The translations under genes were made by a program, and so were the position numbers. Of a stretch of 64,000 bases of DNA, positions 26,607 to 36,340 are shown piece after piece (positions within the stretch are counted from its first letter, which is position 1; every line of letters starts with the position of its first letter). Source of the DNA: Candidatus Omnitrophota bacterium (GTDB lineage: Bacteria > Omnitrophota > Gorgyraeia > Gygaellales > Profunditerraquicolaceae); contig JAPLLS010000035.1 of the NCBI GenBank assembly GCA_026387435.1, forward strand, positions 1,692 to 65,691, read 5' to 3'. The notes beneath the pieces were generated by a model that was not told the origin of the DNA, made no database searches, and saw only the letters and a list, made by a program, of their open reading frames with translations.

Positions 26607-28807
26607 TGCTCTCTTTGGATGTAAATATCGTCTTTGCTCATGCCGTAGTGCCCCTTGGTTCGGCTGGTAATGCCGTAAGTTGTCAAGCCGGAGGCTGCAC
26701 TGCCGGGGGCTCCTGTTCGCTGAATGCCATCAATGATCCCGCTTAAATCATTTATGGGCCATTCCGGACCTGCGGGATTCCTGCGGTACCTGAACGTCCA
26801 CCAGGGGCCAACGGCAATATCATTGGTATAGCGCGAGACCGTAATATCGCCTATCGAGCCGCTAAGCTGGCCCTTAATAGTCCAGGTTTTCAAAAGGCCG
26901 CCCCAATCATATCCTTCTTTTATATACGGGAATTTATCTCTTGAGGGATAATTGTCCAGCAGCACTTGGGCAATATGATAGTTATGGTTTTTCTCGTCTA
27001 CCCAGCCGTAGATCGCTTCTTTTTGCAAATCCTCCGTAGTAGTATCGGGATACAATATCTTATTGGCCGCATTAGCGAAGGTCTCAATGGCGTCCATAAC
27101 ACCTCGCAGAGAGGTTTCTAAATTAACTAAAAGCTCAATGGCCTGGGCTATTTCTGAAGGCCCTGAAGTGGTGGCCCAGTTCAGTTCTCCTTGAAAACGG
27201 CAAGCCTGTATCGCGTGCGAACTGGGAGTGTGCGGTCCTCCGCAATCGTTACAAGGGCAATACACTGACCGGGTACGAAGAGGGCAAGGCGGGCTAATAG
27301 TGCTGTACAAATCCCCGTGGCCGCATAATCCTAATGAATATAATTCCGGATTGCAAGAGCAATAATTCCCAAACCAGGTGCAAGTATGGAAGGGGCAGCA
27401 ATAACATATGCATTGCCCGGAATCGTTGTATTTACAACAATACGTGCTGGCGCACTCATACGCGTCCGTACCTGTACCATTAAGGCAATCGCCATTAGGC
27501 AGGGGAACAATATTGCTGACATCAGCATTGATCATCTCCAATTGAGTGCGCCAAGCCAGGATCCCATTTGTTGTGGGGTTTCCATACACTACTTCATACA
27601 ACCTTCCATAGATGGTGTCAGGGTCATGGGGATTATCCTTATTATACCAAATTGGCAACCAGTCACCAAGAGTGGGGATCCGGCCAGAGACCGGGAGGTT
27701 GAGTAACTCCATGTCCCTGAGCAGGAATCCGCGCAACACCTCACTAACTTGCCCAATCTCTTGGTTGGTCCAAGTTACATAGCCGGCATATACCGGAGCA
27801 GCGAGCAGCCTAGTAGTCAATTCAGTGAATTTCTGGGGCAAGAATCCTGTGTTGGCGTTGCCGGTTATAAGCTGCCAAAACCATTGCCAAATATCCGTAG
27901 GCTCATTTGCGGTGACATGCGAAATTATTCTTACTATCTGTTTATCTGGAACAGCCCAGTCAGGGCAAGCGCCGTCGTCACAAGTTATATGCAAGGCGTC
28001 TACTTTTAAAGAAACCTCGGTATACATCCATGTTGTAGTGTCCCATTTATTGAACTCAGTGACCTTTACCAGGTTGTTGATAAGCAGCGCGATCTCCGGG
28101 CCTAAACCCGCTTCCGTTACCTTGCGATGGCGATCAGCCCAATACCAGCAAACATAACGGGGCACCTCTTGCTTCCCCTTCAAAATAGGGGCTTCGGGCG
28201 TATTGGTTAAATCGTATATATATGCATCGTCTACTATCAACACCCCATTTTTATCATAGTGGGATGCCAGTATGTACTGGTATACGTCTTCGGATTTTAG
28301 TGTCGCACGTTCTTGATCCGTCTGGGCCTGCTCAAGCATGGAGCCTATAGCACCCTCCCTGAGGGAGGAATATTCGGTCATTTGCGCGGCCGCATTCGAG
28401 AATCCGGCTTTCATAAGAAAATTAATTTCGCCCCAAAGTGGATTGGCGACCAGTATTAGTATTCCTAAGCTCAACGGCCGGCTCCAAAACGCAAGAACAA
28501 GAGCTAACAATACTCCAAATAGAGGGAGGATCAACCCCCAATTAAAACATACGAGTTGTGTGTCACCGATCATACCGCAACCAAACCCGGTAGCGAGTTT
28601 TCGTCTCAAAGTATCCCGTAACTCATTGATATACTGCGACCACTGCGAAGCCAGTTGCAAAGTGCCGCTGTCCGCGATCTGGGAGGTGGAAGTTTTGATA
28701 TCGCTGACTTTGCTGATATTGATGAGGACTATGGTTAAAAGGATTATGACCGCGATAAAGATGGTGATGATTACCACTACCTGGCCGGGAGTCTTTTTGG
28801 TTTTCAA
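26603..28807 (-). CDS. Cys-rich membrane-anchored protein of unknown function
   Basis: 734 aa. It has an N-terminal TM (VVVIITIFIAVIILLTIVLINI) and a dense Cys cluster (…CASTYCCKYNDSGQCICYCCPFHTCTWFGNYCSCNPE…CPCNDCGG…). It overlaps the downstream LmbE-GH3 gene by 4 bp. Confidence 0.5.
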   Translation of the reverse strand: MKTKKTPGQVVVIITIFIAVIILLTIVLINISKVSDIKTSTSQIADSGTLQLASQWSQYINELRDTLRRKLATGFGCGMIGDTQLVCFNWGLILPLFGVLLALVLAFWSRPLSLGILILVANPLWGEINFLMKAGFSNAAAQMTEYSSLREGAIGSMLEQAQTDQERATLKSEDVYQYILASHYDKNGVLIVDDAYIYDLTNTPEAPILKGKQEVPRYVCWYWADRHRKVTEAGLGPEIALLINNLVKVTEFNKWDTTTWMYTEVSLKVDALHITCDDGACPDWAVPDKQIVRIISHVTANEPTDIWQWFWQLITGNANTGFLPQKFTELTTRLLAAPVYAGYVTWTNQEIGQVSEVLRGFLLRDMELLNLPVSGRIPTLGDWLPIWYNKDNPHDPDTIYGRLYEVVYGNPTTNGILAWRTQLEMINADVSNIVPLPNGDCLNGTGTDAYECASTYCCKYNDSGQCICYCCPFHTCTWFGNYCSCNPELYSLGLCGHGDLYSTISPPCPLRTRSVYCPCNDCGGPHTPSSHAIQACRFQGELNWATTSGPSEIAQAIELLVNLETSLRGVMDAIETFANAANKILYPDTTTEDLQKEAIYGWVDEKNHNYHIAQVLLDNYPSRDKFPYIKEGYDWGGLLKTWTIKGQLSGSIGDITVSRYTNDIAVGPWWTFRYRRNPAGPEWPINDLSGIIDGIQRTGAPGSAASGLTTYGITSRTKGHYGMSKDDIYIQREQ

Positions 28808-28860
28808 GGTGAACTCCTTTTGTTTGGATGCATCAAGATCTTTTTTAAACGATATAATAA

Positions 28861-28935
28861 TAGCCCCAACCGGATTTGAACCGGTGTTTAGTGGCTGAGA
28901 ACCACGCGTCCTGGACCAGGCTAGACGATGGGGCC
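28861..28935 (-). tRNA. tRNA-Glu (anticodon CUC), 75 nt, no encoded CCA
   Basis: Manual fold. Acceptor GGCCCCA/TGGGGCT. U8 and A14 are present. The D-arm TCTAGCCTGGTCCAGGAC resembles tRNA-Glu. Anticodon loop TTCTCAG; T-arm ACCGG-TTCAAAT-CCGGT. Confidence 0.65.
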
Positions 28936-28994
28936 CAATCTTCAGGTAATAATTTAATTTTTCTAAGTTATTGTACTATCAGGGGTATCCTTAG

Positions 28995-29010
28995 TCAATA
29001 AATTTATTGA
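28995..29010. promoter_or_regulatory. Perfect 16-bp palindrome TCAATAAATTTATTGA upstream of the FIST sensor gene (candidate operator)
   Basis: Read directly from the sequence. It lies about 80 bp upstream of the start at 29091. Confidence 0.35.
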
Positions 29011-29090
29011 CCTTGGGCCCCGGGTATTATATACTCAGTATGAATACGCAGTTAAACTAATAGATTTTAAACCAACATCTTTGCAAAATA

Positions 29091-30302
29091 ATGCTGGATA
29101 TAGGAATCGGCTTCAGCCTCGAAGATAATTCTTTCCTGGCTGCAGAAGAAGCGATCAAGCAGGCTAAAAATCAGCTGAATAACAGCGAAAAAATAGATCT
29201 TTGCCTGGTATTCAATTCCTACGATTTTTCGGCGGCCGGAGCGATCAGGGGTTTCAACGCCCTGCTCAGGGATGTCCCGATAATCGGCGCTTCGGGTCCG
29301 GCGATCATTTCCGATAAGGGAATATTCAAACACGGCATAGCGGTGATGTTATTGGGCTTCCCCGACGGCGCTTACTGCCGGGTCGCCGCTACCCGGGATA
29401 TTAGCGAAAAAAATCCTTTTAACTGCGGCAAAGAGCTGGCTGAAAAACTGCTTTTGGGTTTTAAAAACATCCCCCGCAACCTGGGGCTGCTTTTTTTTGA
29501 CCAGCAGATAGAAGGCGGGCCTAATTTTATCGCCGGCCTTCAGGATAACCTCGGCAGAGGCTTCCCCTGCATCGGAACATCCCTCTCCAACCAGTACGAC
29601 CCCTCCCACTCCTGCCTTTATCTCAACAATGAGGCGATCAACAACAGCTGCGCGGGTATCCTTTGGGGAGGAAAAACCACTTTCGGAGTCGGGATCAAAC
29701 ACGGCTGGAAACCGCTGGGTAAACCCCATACCGTATCCAGCGCCGTAGGCAACATCATCAACGCCATCGACGGCAAACCGGCAATCGAGATTTATGAAAA
29801 CTACCTGGGCTACGACGCGGCCAAATTGACAAAAGACCTCAGGAAACTCTCGATCTCTTACCCCATAGGCGTTTTTATCCCCGGAGAAAAAGAATACCTT
29901 TTAAGAAGCGTGGTTTCCATAGAACAACGAGGGGCTTTGGTCTGCCAGGGCAGTATCTTGGAAGGCAGCACCATCAGGCTGATGATCTCTACCCCGGAAA
30001 CCTGCTTGGCCGCAACCACTCAGGCCATCGCAGAAGCCAAGAAAAATTTGTCCGGATCGTTGTTCAAACAGGGCATTGTAAGAAATTCCAGATTTGCTAT
30101 TGTATTTAGCTCGATTTCAAGATACAATTTGCTCAGAAGGGACATTAAGAAAGAGCTTAATCTTATCAAGGCCGGGCTCAAAGATACCCGCTTCCTGGGG
30201 ATCTACACCAGCGGGGAACTGGCGCCTATAACCGCCGGCAGTTACCGCGGCCAGATTTATTTTCATAATCAGGATTTCTCTGTTCTAATTATCGAGGGCT
30301 AA
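29091..30302 (+). CDS. FIST-domain sensor protein (FIST-N + FIST-C)
   Basis: 403 aa. Pattern …DLCLVFNSYDFSAAGAIRGF…VPIIGASGPAIIS… then …FLGIYTSGELAPI… is typical of FIST. It is followed by HK and RR genes. Confidence 0.5.
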   Translation: MLDIGIGFSLEDNSFLAAEEAIKQAKNQLNNSEKIDLCLVFNSYDFSAAGAIRGFNALLRDVPIIGASGPAIISDKGIFKHGIAVMLLGFPDGAYCRVAATRDISEKNPFNCGKELAEKLLLGFKNIPRNLGLLFFDQQIEGGPNFIAGLQDNLGRGFPCIGTSLSNQYDPSHSCLYLNNEAINNSCAGILWGGKTTFGVGIKHGWKPLGKPHTVSSAVGNIINAIDGKPAIEIYENYLGYDAAKLTKDLRKLSISYPIGVFIPGEKEYLLRSVVSIEQRGALVCQGSILEGSTIRLMISTPETCLAATTQAIAEAKKNLSGSLFKQGIVRNSRFAIVFSSISRYNLLRRDIKKELNLIKAGLKDTRFLGIYTSGELAPITAGSYRGQIYFHNQDFSVLIIEG

Positions 30303-30305
30303 TCG

Positions 30306-31790
30306 ATGTTCGAAGTTAACACGGTGCTTGCATTTATCGGATTGCTGGTCGTCATCGCTTTGACTTTTTTGCTTCTGTCCAAGGATTCAAAAATGAATTC
30401 CCTTCAGGCCGCGGTGGACAACCTGCAGAGGGCGCTGGACGAAATGGACGAGCAGGCCAAGCTGGTTGTGCGCACCGACATCGAGCTGAATAAGGCCCAG
30501 GAGGAACTGGACCGGAAAATTACCTCCCTCTATACCCTGCAAAAACTTTCCCGGACGATCAGCTCTACTCTCGAAGAAAATCAGATTTTTAAAAAAGTGG
30601 AGCTTAGCTACCTCGCCGACCTGGGCTTCCAAAAGGCCCTGGCATTTCTCTTTGATGAGAAAGAAAATAAATTCTCGCTGCGCTTAAGCCTCGGCTATGA
30701 GGAGGAAGAAGCCGCAAAGATCAAAACATTCATCGACGCGCATAAGGAAACCTACAACGGACTTATCCATAACGAAAAGGCGGTTTCTTCGATAGCCTCC
30801 AGGGAAAACCCCGCCGACACCAAGAGCACCAAAGAAACATTCGGGGTGGTCTCTTTTGTCTTTGCCCCGATCCTGGCCAAAGAAGGCAATCCCGGCCTGC
30901 TTTTTGTGGGCGCGGAAAAAACGGATACGATCATAACCGAAGGCGACGAAGAATTGATCACCATCCTGGCCAATCAGATCGGCCAGGCGCTGGAAAACGC
31001 CCGCCTGTTCGAAAAAACCTGGCAGGCCCACCAGGACCTGGAAAACCGGGTCGAAGAAAGGACCCGCGAGTTATCCCGGGCCCTGGAAGAAGTCAAAAAA
31101 TTAAGCCAGCGCAAGAATGATTTCGTTTCCAACGTCTCCCACGAATTAAGAACGCCGCTGACCTCGATAAAAGGCTACGCCTCGATCCTCTTATCCGGGA
31201 AACTCGGGGTGCTGCCCGAAGAAGTCGGCAAGCGCCTGGCTAAAATAAACAAGCACTCCGATGAGCTGGTCTCGTTCGTCAACGACCTGCTGGACCTTTC
31301 GCGCATCGAAAGCGGCAAGGTCGAACTTAAACTTGCCCCTCTTAACCTGAAGTCTATCGTCGATGAGGTAGCGGATCTGCTGGCCGTGCAATTTAAAGAG
31401 AAACAAATAGAATTTTCCTCTGAATCTCCGGCCGACCTGCCCGAAGTCATGGCTGATTACAGCCAGATAAAAAGGACCTTCATTAACCTGATCAATAATT
31501 CCGTCAAATACACCCCCCAGGGCAAGATCAAAGTCAGCTTGACCCGGCTGGATAAAGAGGTCCAGGTCGATGTCTCAGACACCGGCTGCGGCATGCCCGA
31601 ATCGGCGATGGATAAATTATTCACCGAATTTTATCGGGTGGATTCGGTAATGAACCAGGAGATCAAAGGCACCGGCCTGGGGTTGGCCATGGTAAAAAAT
31701 ATCGTTACCGCGCACAAAGGGAAGATCTGGGTAAAAAGCAAGGTCGGCTCAGGAACGACTTTCAGCTTCACCCTGCCTCAGGCTTATTAA
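30306..31790 (+). CDS. Sensor histidine kinase (TM, coiled coil, GAF, HisKA, HATPase_c)
   Basis: 494 aa; H-box SHELRTPLTSIKGYASILL; G-boxes …DTGCGMPE… and GTGLGLAMVKNIV. Confidence 0.8.
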   Translation: MFEVNTVLAFIGLLVVIALTFLLLSKDSKMNSLQAAVDNLQRALDEMDEQAKLVVRTDIELNKAQEELDRKITSLYTLQKLSRTISSTLEENQIFKKVELSYLADLGFQKALAFLFDEKENKFSLRLSLGYEEEEAAKIKTFIDAHKETYNGLIHNEKAVSSIASRENPADTKSTKETFGVVSFVFAPILAKEGNPGLLFVGAEKTDTIITEGDEELITILANQIGQALENARLFEKTWQAHQDLENRVEERTRELSRALEEVKKLSQRKNDFVSNVSHELRTPLTSIKGYASILLSGKLGVLPEEVGKRLAKINKHSDELVSFVNDLLDLSRIESGKVELKLAPLNLKSIVDEVADLLAVQFKEKQIEFSSESPADLPEVMADYSQIKRTFINLINNSVKYTPQGKIKVSLTRLDKEVQVDVSDTGCGMPESAMDKLFTEFYRVDSVMNQEIKGTGLGLAMVKNIVTAHKGKIWVKSKVGSGTTFSFTLPQAY

Positions 31791-31803
31791 AAAGAAGGTA
31801 TTT

Positions 31804-32730
31804 ATGCCACTAAGAGTTTTGGTAGTAGACGACGAACCGGATATCCGGGATGTTCTCAAGATCACCCTGGAAGCGGAGAAATACGAAGTTATCGAGGCGG
31901 AAAACGGCGAAGAGGCGATAAAGATAATCACTCAGAAAACTCCGGATCTGGTATTGCTGGATTACAAAATGCCTAAAATGGACGGCCGGGAGGTCTGCCG
32001 CCGGATCAAAAAAGACATCCTTCTGCGTCATCTGCCGATAATCATGGTCACCGGAAAGGGTGAAATAACCGATAAGGTCGACGGGATCGATGCCGGCGCC
32101 GACGATTATATCGTCAAACCCTTTGAACCGGAAGAGCTTTTGGCCCATATCAAAATGATCCTGCGCCGCACGGAGATCGATCTGGAAGCCAACCCCCTGA
32201 CCCGGCTTCCCGGCAACATTTCCATATTAAACGAACTCAATCAGCGATTGAGCAGCCAGAAACTTTTTGCGGTCTGCTACGTGGACCTGGACAAATTCAA
32301 GGCCTATAACGACACTTACGGGTTTGAACGGGGGGATAACGTCATCAAAGAAACCGCGCGCATCCTTTTACGGACGACCCAGGAACTTGGCAATCCCGAC
32401 GATTTTGTCGGCCATATCGGCGGCGACGATTTTGTGGTGGTTACTTCCATTCCCACCGCGGATGTGCTCTGCCCGGGGATCATCGATAATTTCGACAAGG
32501 CGCTCAAAGAATTCTACAATGAGATCGACTGGAAAAACGGTTATATCACCGCCCATGACCGCCAGGGCGCGGAAATAAAAAACCCCCTCTTGTCGATCTC
32601 CATCGGTGTGGTCACTAATGAATCCCGAAAGATCGAGCACGTGGCCCAGATCGGCGAGATCGGAGCGGAATTAAAAGCTTACGCCAAAAGCCAGAAAAAA
32701 AGCAATTACGTGGTGGATAAGCGTAAATAA
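31804..32730 (+). CDS. Response regulator with REC + GGDEF domain (variant GGDDF motif)
   Basis: 308 aa. REC domain: VLVVDDEPDIRD…LLDYKMPKMDG…DDYIVKPF. GGDEF region: …YVDLDKFKAYNDTYGFERGD…GHIGGDDFVVV. Confidence 0.75.
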   Translation: MPLRVLVVDDEPDIRDVLKITLEAEKYEVIEAENGEEAIKIITQKTPDLVLLDYKMPKMDGREVCRRIKKDILLRHLPIIMVTGKGEITDKVDGIDAGADDYIVKPFEPEELLAHIKMILRRTEIDLEANPLTRLPGNISILNELNQRLSSQKLFAVCYVDLDKFKAYNDTYGFERGDNVIKETARILLRTTQELGNPDDFVGHIGGDDFVVVTSIPTADVLCPGIIDNFDKALKEFYNEIDWKNGYITAHDRQGAEIKNPLLSISIGVVTNESRKIEHVAQIGEIGAELKAYAKSQKKSNYVVDKRK

Positions 32731-32736
32731 AAATAG

Positions 32737-32798
32737 GGGACGGTTCTCATTTATTTAAACGGCTCATTCCCGCTTAAAAATAAATAAGAACCGTCCCC
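32737..32798. terminator. Bidirectional rho-independent terminator (22-bp stem, 1 mismatch) between the RR gene and tRNA-Leu
   Basis: GGGGACGGTTCTCATTTATTTA…TAAATAAATAAGAACCGTCCCC. A T-run follows on the plus strand and an A-run precedes it. Confidence 0.6.
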
Positions 32799-32812
32799 GA
32801 GTTTTTATTTAG

Positions 32813-32897
32813 TGCGAGGAGAGGGAGTTGAACCCTCACAGCTTATACAGCCAACAGCCCCTCAAACTGTCGCGTCTGCCAATTCCGCCATCCTCGC
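32813..32897 (-). tRNA. tRNA-Leu (anticodon GAG), 85 nt with a long variable arm
   Basis: Manual fold. Acceptor GCGAGGA/TCCTCGC. D-arm with a 3-bp stem. Anticodon stem ACAGT/GCTGT with loop TTGAGGG. T-arm GAGGG-TTCAACT-CCCTC. Confidence 0.7.
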
Positions 32898-33133
32898 AAA
32901 TTGTTCAAGGAATATATTCTATTACGTATCAAATCTCCTGGCAAGGGAATTAATTGGTGTAAAAAAATAAGTTTGCAAATTTACCAACAATAAGGCATAC
33001 TTTAATTAGAAATAAGCGTTAAATTACAATCTGGTGTTCCTACTGATAAAGGCAAACTAGCAGTAATGCTGGGACGCAAAGCCAAAGGGTCCTAAGAAAT
33101 TTAGGACAGCCTGGCCGCCAAAAGGAAAGACTT

Positions 33134-33172
33134 AAAAGACCCTGAATATTCCTTTTTAGGGTCTTTTTTTTG
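33134..33172 (+). terminator. Rho-independent terminator on the plus strand with no annotated upstream ORF (end of a candidate sRNA)
   Basis: AAGACCCT-GAATATTCCTTTTT-AGGGTCTT followed by TTTTTTTT. Confidence 0.45.
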
Positions 33173-33185
33173 CGCCCGGTATAGT

Positions 33186-33800
33186 TTGCCAGAGTTTTGG
33201 CAGGTTATACCGGGTTTCTTATTTTCGAGGACTAAAATGGCTAGAAAAAGTCTAAAATCCAGAATAATGATCTTAATGCTGACAGCCAGCCTGGTATTTG
33301 CTTATAAACCTCTTTCCGCGGAAATCACACTCCCCTTACCGACTGCTGGCCTGGGCTACAGCGGGATAACCTTTAGCTCGGCTTCAGCGGACCTTTGGCA
33401 ATACCTCAGGATCGGGCTGAACTATCTGGAAAGCCCAAAGCCGCTACAGCCGCCGGAAGCCGTACCCCCTACTTATATCCACCCTGACTCCCAAGGTTTT
33501 GGAGCATACGGGTTTAGCCCCGGAGCTTACCAGGACGTGCAACGGCTTTATCCTTTTTTTCAAAAATACTCCTGGCAGGAAATAATGAACTCCCCGAAGT
33601 TATACGATCTGGCCAACCAGGCTTTTGCGGACTGGCTTTTAAAGAATCTTAAAGATTATATCCCGGAGGGAGCTTCCAAAGAGGAGATCTTTGATGTTTT
33701 ACATCAAGCCTGGAACCTGGGTTTGAGCGGATTTAAAAACGGAAGGCAAGTAGTTGCTTCGAGGGCCAAAAGAGCGCAAGAATTCAAAGGCCGGCTTTAA
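33186..33800 (+). CDS. Secreted hypothetical protein
   Basis: 204 aa. It has a signal peptide (…MILMLTASLVFAYKPLSA). No recognised domain. Confidence 0.4.
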   Translation: MPEFWQVIPGFLFSRTKMARKSLKSRIMILMLTASLVFAYKPLSAEITLPLPTAGLGYSGITFSSASADLWQYLRIGLNYLESPKPLQPPEAVPPTYIHPDSQGFGAYGFSPGAYQDVQRLYPFFQKYSWQEIMNSPKLYDLANQAFADWLLKNLKDYIPEGASKEEIFDVLHQAWNLGLSGFKNGRQVVASRAKRAQEFKGRL

Positions 33801-33802
33801 AC

Positions 33803-35488
33803 TTATAACTTCTTCTCGATCTTGGCCCAGGTATCCCGCAAAGTAACCGTGCGCACAAAAACCAATTTTCCCGCAGCGCTGTCCTTGGGATCCAGCGCAA
33901 AATACCCTAATCTTTCGAACTGAAATCTGCTTCCCGGCCGGGCATCTTTAAGGCCGGGCTCCACCGGACACGCAGCTAAAATCTCCAGAGATTTAGGATT
34001 AAGGTTGGCCGTGAATTCCTGGCCCTGCGCTGTTTCGTTAGGGTCACGTTTGGTAAAAAGGGTATCGTACAAACGCACCTCGGCCAAAATCGCGTGGCGA
34101 CAGGATACCCAGTGCAGGGTAGCTTTGACCTTGCGGCCATCCGAAGAATCTCCGCCCCGGGTATTAGGGTCATAAGTGCAGTGGATCTCTTTAATCTTCC
34201 CGGTCGATGCGTCCTTAATTACTCCCACGCATTTGATAAAATAAGCGCAGCGCAAGCGCACCTCGCGGCCGGGAGATAAACGGAAGAATTGTTTCGGCGG
34301 ATCCTCGCGGAAATCATCTTCTTCAATATAAAGTTCCCGGCCAAAGGGAACCTTACGGCTTCCGGCTGACGGATCTTCAGGATTATTGATCACATCCACT
34401 TCTTCGCTTTTACCTTCGGGGTAATTATCGATGATCACCTTGACCGGCCGCAGCACGGCCATGGCCCGGGGCGCGGTTTTATTCAATTCCTCGCGGATGG
34501 AGTTTTCCAGAACATTCAACTCGATAATACTGCCGGCTTTAGCCACCCCGATCTGTTCGCAAAACTTCCTTATCGATTCCGGGCTATAACCGCGGCGCCG
34601 GAACCCGGAGATGGTCGGCATCCGGGGATCATCCCAGCCGCTGACGTATTTTTTCTCCACCAGTTCCAGGAGCTTGCGTTTACTTAAAAGGGTGTGGCTG
34701 ACGTTCAAACGGGCAAACTCGATCTGCTGAGGATGGTGAACTCCCAGCTGGTCAAGGATCCAATCGTACAAAGGGCGGTGCACTTCGAATTCCAAAGTGC
34801 AAATGGAATGAGTGATCCCCTCGAGAGAATCGCAGATGCCGTGGGTAAAATCGTATGTAGGGTAAATACTCCACTTCCCGCCGGTGCGATGATGCGCAAC
34901 TTTCCTGATCCGGTAAAATACCGGGTCGCGCATCAGTAAATTGGGGCTAGTCATATCGATCTTGCCCCGCAGGACTTTGGAGCCATCGGCAAACTCACCG
35001 GCCTTCATCCGGGCAAATAGGTCCAGGTTCTCCTCGACGCTGCGGTTGCGGTACGGGCTTTCCGTGCAGGTTTCGGTAATCGTTCCCCGGGACTTGCGCA
35101 TTTCTTCCAAAGTCTGATCGCAGACAAAAGCTTTGCCCTTTTTGATCAGTTCGATTGCATAGCCGTAGATCTTATCAAAATAGTCCGAAGCGTAATAAAG
35201 ACGATCCTGCCAATCAAAGCCCAGCCAGCGCACGTCTTCCTTGATGGAATTCACATATTCCACTTCCTCGGTCTCGGGATTGGTATCGTCAAAACGCAAA
35301 TTGCAAAGCCCTTTGTAGTCGCGGGCCAGCCCGAAATTCAGGCAGATGCTCTTGGCGTGCCCGATATGCAGATAGCCGTTCGGCTCCGGAGGGAAGCGGG
35401 TATGGACCCGGCCATCGTTTTTCCCCTTAGCCAGGTCTGCGTCGATTATTTCTCGGATAAAATTTCCAGCCGGTTTAGAAATTTCCAT
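33803..35488 (-). CDS. glnS: Glutamine--tRNA ligase
   Basis: 561 aa. The stretch …[15 protein letters not shown]…[45 protein letters not shown]… is near-identical in pattern to the E. coli GlnRS N-terminus and HIGH region. Confidence 0.9.
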   Translation of the reverse strand: MEISKPAGNFIREIIDADLAKGKNDGRVHTRFPPEPNGYLHIGHAKSICLNFGLARDYKGLCNLRFDDTNPETEEVEYVNSIKEDVRWLGFDWQDRLYYASDYFDKIYGYAIELIKKGKAFVCDQTLEEMRKSRGTITETCTESPYRNRSVEENLDLFARMKAGEFADGSKVLRGKIDMTSPNLLMRDPVFYRIRKVAHHRTGGKWSIYPTYDFTHGICDSLEGITHSICTLEFEVHRPLYDWILDQLGVHHPQQIEFARLNVSHTLLSKRKLLELVEKKYVSGWDDPRMPTISGFRRRGYSPESIRKFCEQIGVAKAGSIIELNVLENSIREELNKTAPRAMAVLRPVKVIIDNYPEGKSEEVDVINNPEDPSAGSRKVPFGRELYIEEDDFREDPPKQFFRLSPGREVRLRCAYFIKCVGVIKDASTGKIKEIHCTYDPNTRGGDSSDGRKVKATLHWVSCRHAILAEVRLYDTLFTKRDPNETAQGQEFTANLNPKSLEILAACPVEPGLKDARPGSRFQFERLGYFALDPKDSAAGKLVFVRTVTLRDTWAKIEKKL

Positions 35489-35560
35489 TATTGTTTTTAA
35501 AGTTTGTCTAAAAGCGTTTTATTATTATACAACGGTTTTTTGTCTGTCCAACAACAAATA

Positions 35561-36340
35561 TCATCGCTTTTTTAACGCTACAGCCATGCCCACGGCCACA
35601 GTAGCGCCGCTGGTGTCGTCTATAGACTCGACATCGCCGGCATTAACTTCCCCCCACCAGTTAGGAGAATCTTCATAAGGGCGGGAATTAACGAAAAACT
35701 TCTGCTCCAGTATGGAATTCCCCTGAAACAGCTTATTAAAAGAAGCGATATCATAGACTCGCTGATATTTGGTCATCTGTTTTTTCCCGACCGGAGCGGA
35801 TAAAATAAGCCTGCCTCCATATTTAAGGACGCGTAACGCCTCTTTTACCCCCCGGATATCCGCGCCTTCAATCATCTTGGGATCTTTGTAAAATCCGATC
35901 CCCAAATGCTCAATGGTCGACAGGCATACCATTGCGTCAAAAGTTTCATCCGGGAAAGGCATGGTGCAAATATCCCCCTGCTTGAACGTCAGATTCGGAT
36001 GAACATAGGGATATTCCCGAAAATCATATCCGGTTACCCTGAAGCCTAATCCTGCACCCATCAAAGGCATTGGGCTCTCCACGCAGCCAATATCTAAAAT
36101 ACTGACGGCAACGGGTAGAACGCTGAGGTGTTTTATCGCGAAGGGGATCTCCACCACTCTTTCGTTGATAAAAATTTTATTTAATCTTTCCTGCCCTCTT
36201 AAGGCCTTCCAGTTAAATATTCTTTTAAAAGCGAAATAAAAACCAGTGTTCAAAAAATAATTATTGTCCGGGAATTTAAAAGGGCTTTTCAAAGGCTTAG
36301 CCGGAAATGCAACTTTCGTCAGTTTAGGATTTTTATTCAT
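35561..36340 (-). CDS. Class I SAM-dependent methyltransferase
   Basis: Motif …VSILDIGCVESPMPLMGAGLGFRVTGYDF…AMVCLSTIEHLG. The start is placed at the internal MNKNPK, which resolves the overlap with the upstream gene. Confidence 0.55.
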   Translation of the reverse strand: MNKNPKLTKVAFPAKPLKSPFKFPDNNYFLNTGFYFAFKRIFNWKALRGQERLNKIFINERVVEIPFAIKHLSVLPVAVSILDIGCVESPMPLMGAGLGFRVTGYDFREYPYVHPNLTFKQGDICTMPFPDETFDAMVCLSTIEHLGIGFYKDPKMIEGADIRGVKEALRVLKYGGRLILSAPVGKKQMTKYQRVYDIASFNKLFQGNSILEQKFFVNSRPYEDSPNWWGEVNAGDVESIDDTSGATVAVGMAVALKKR

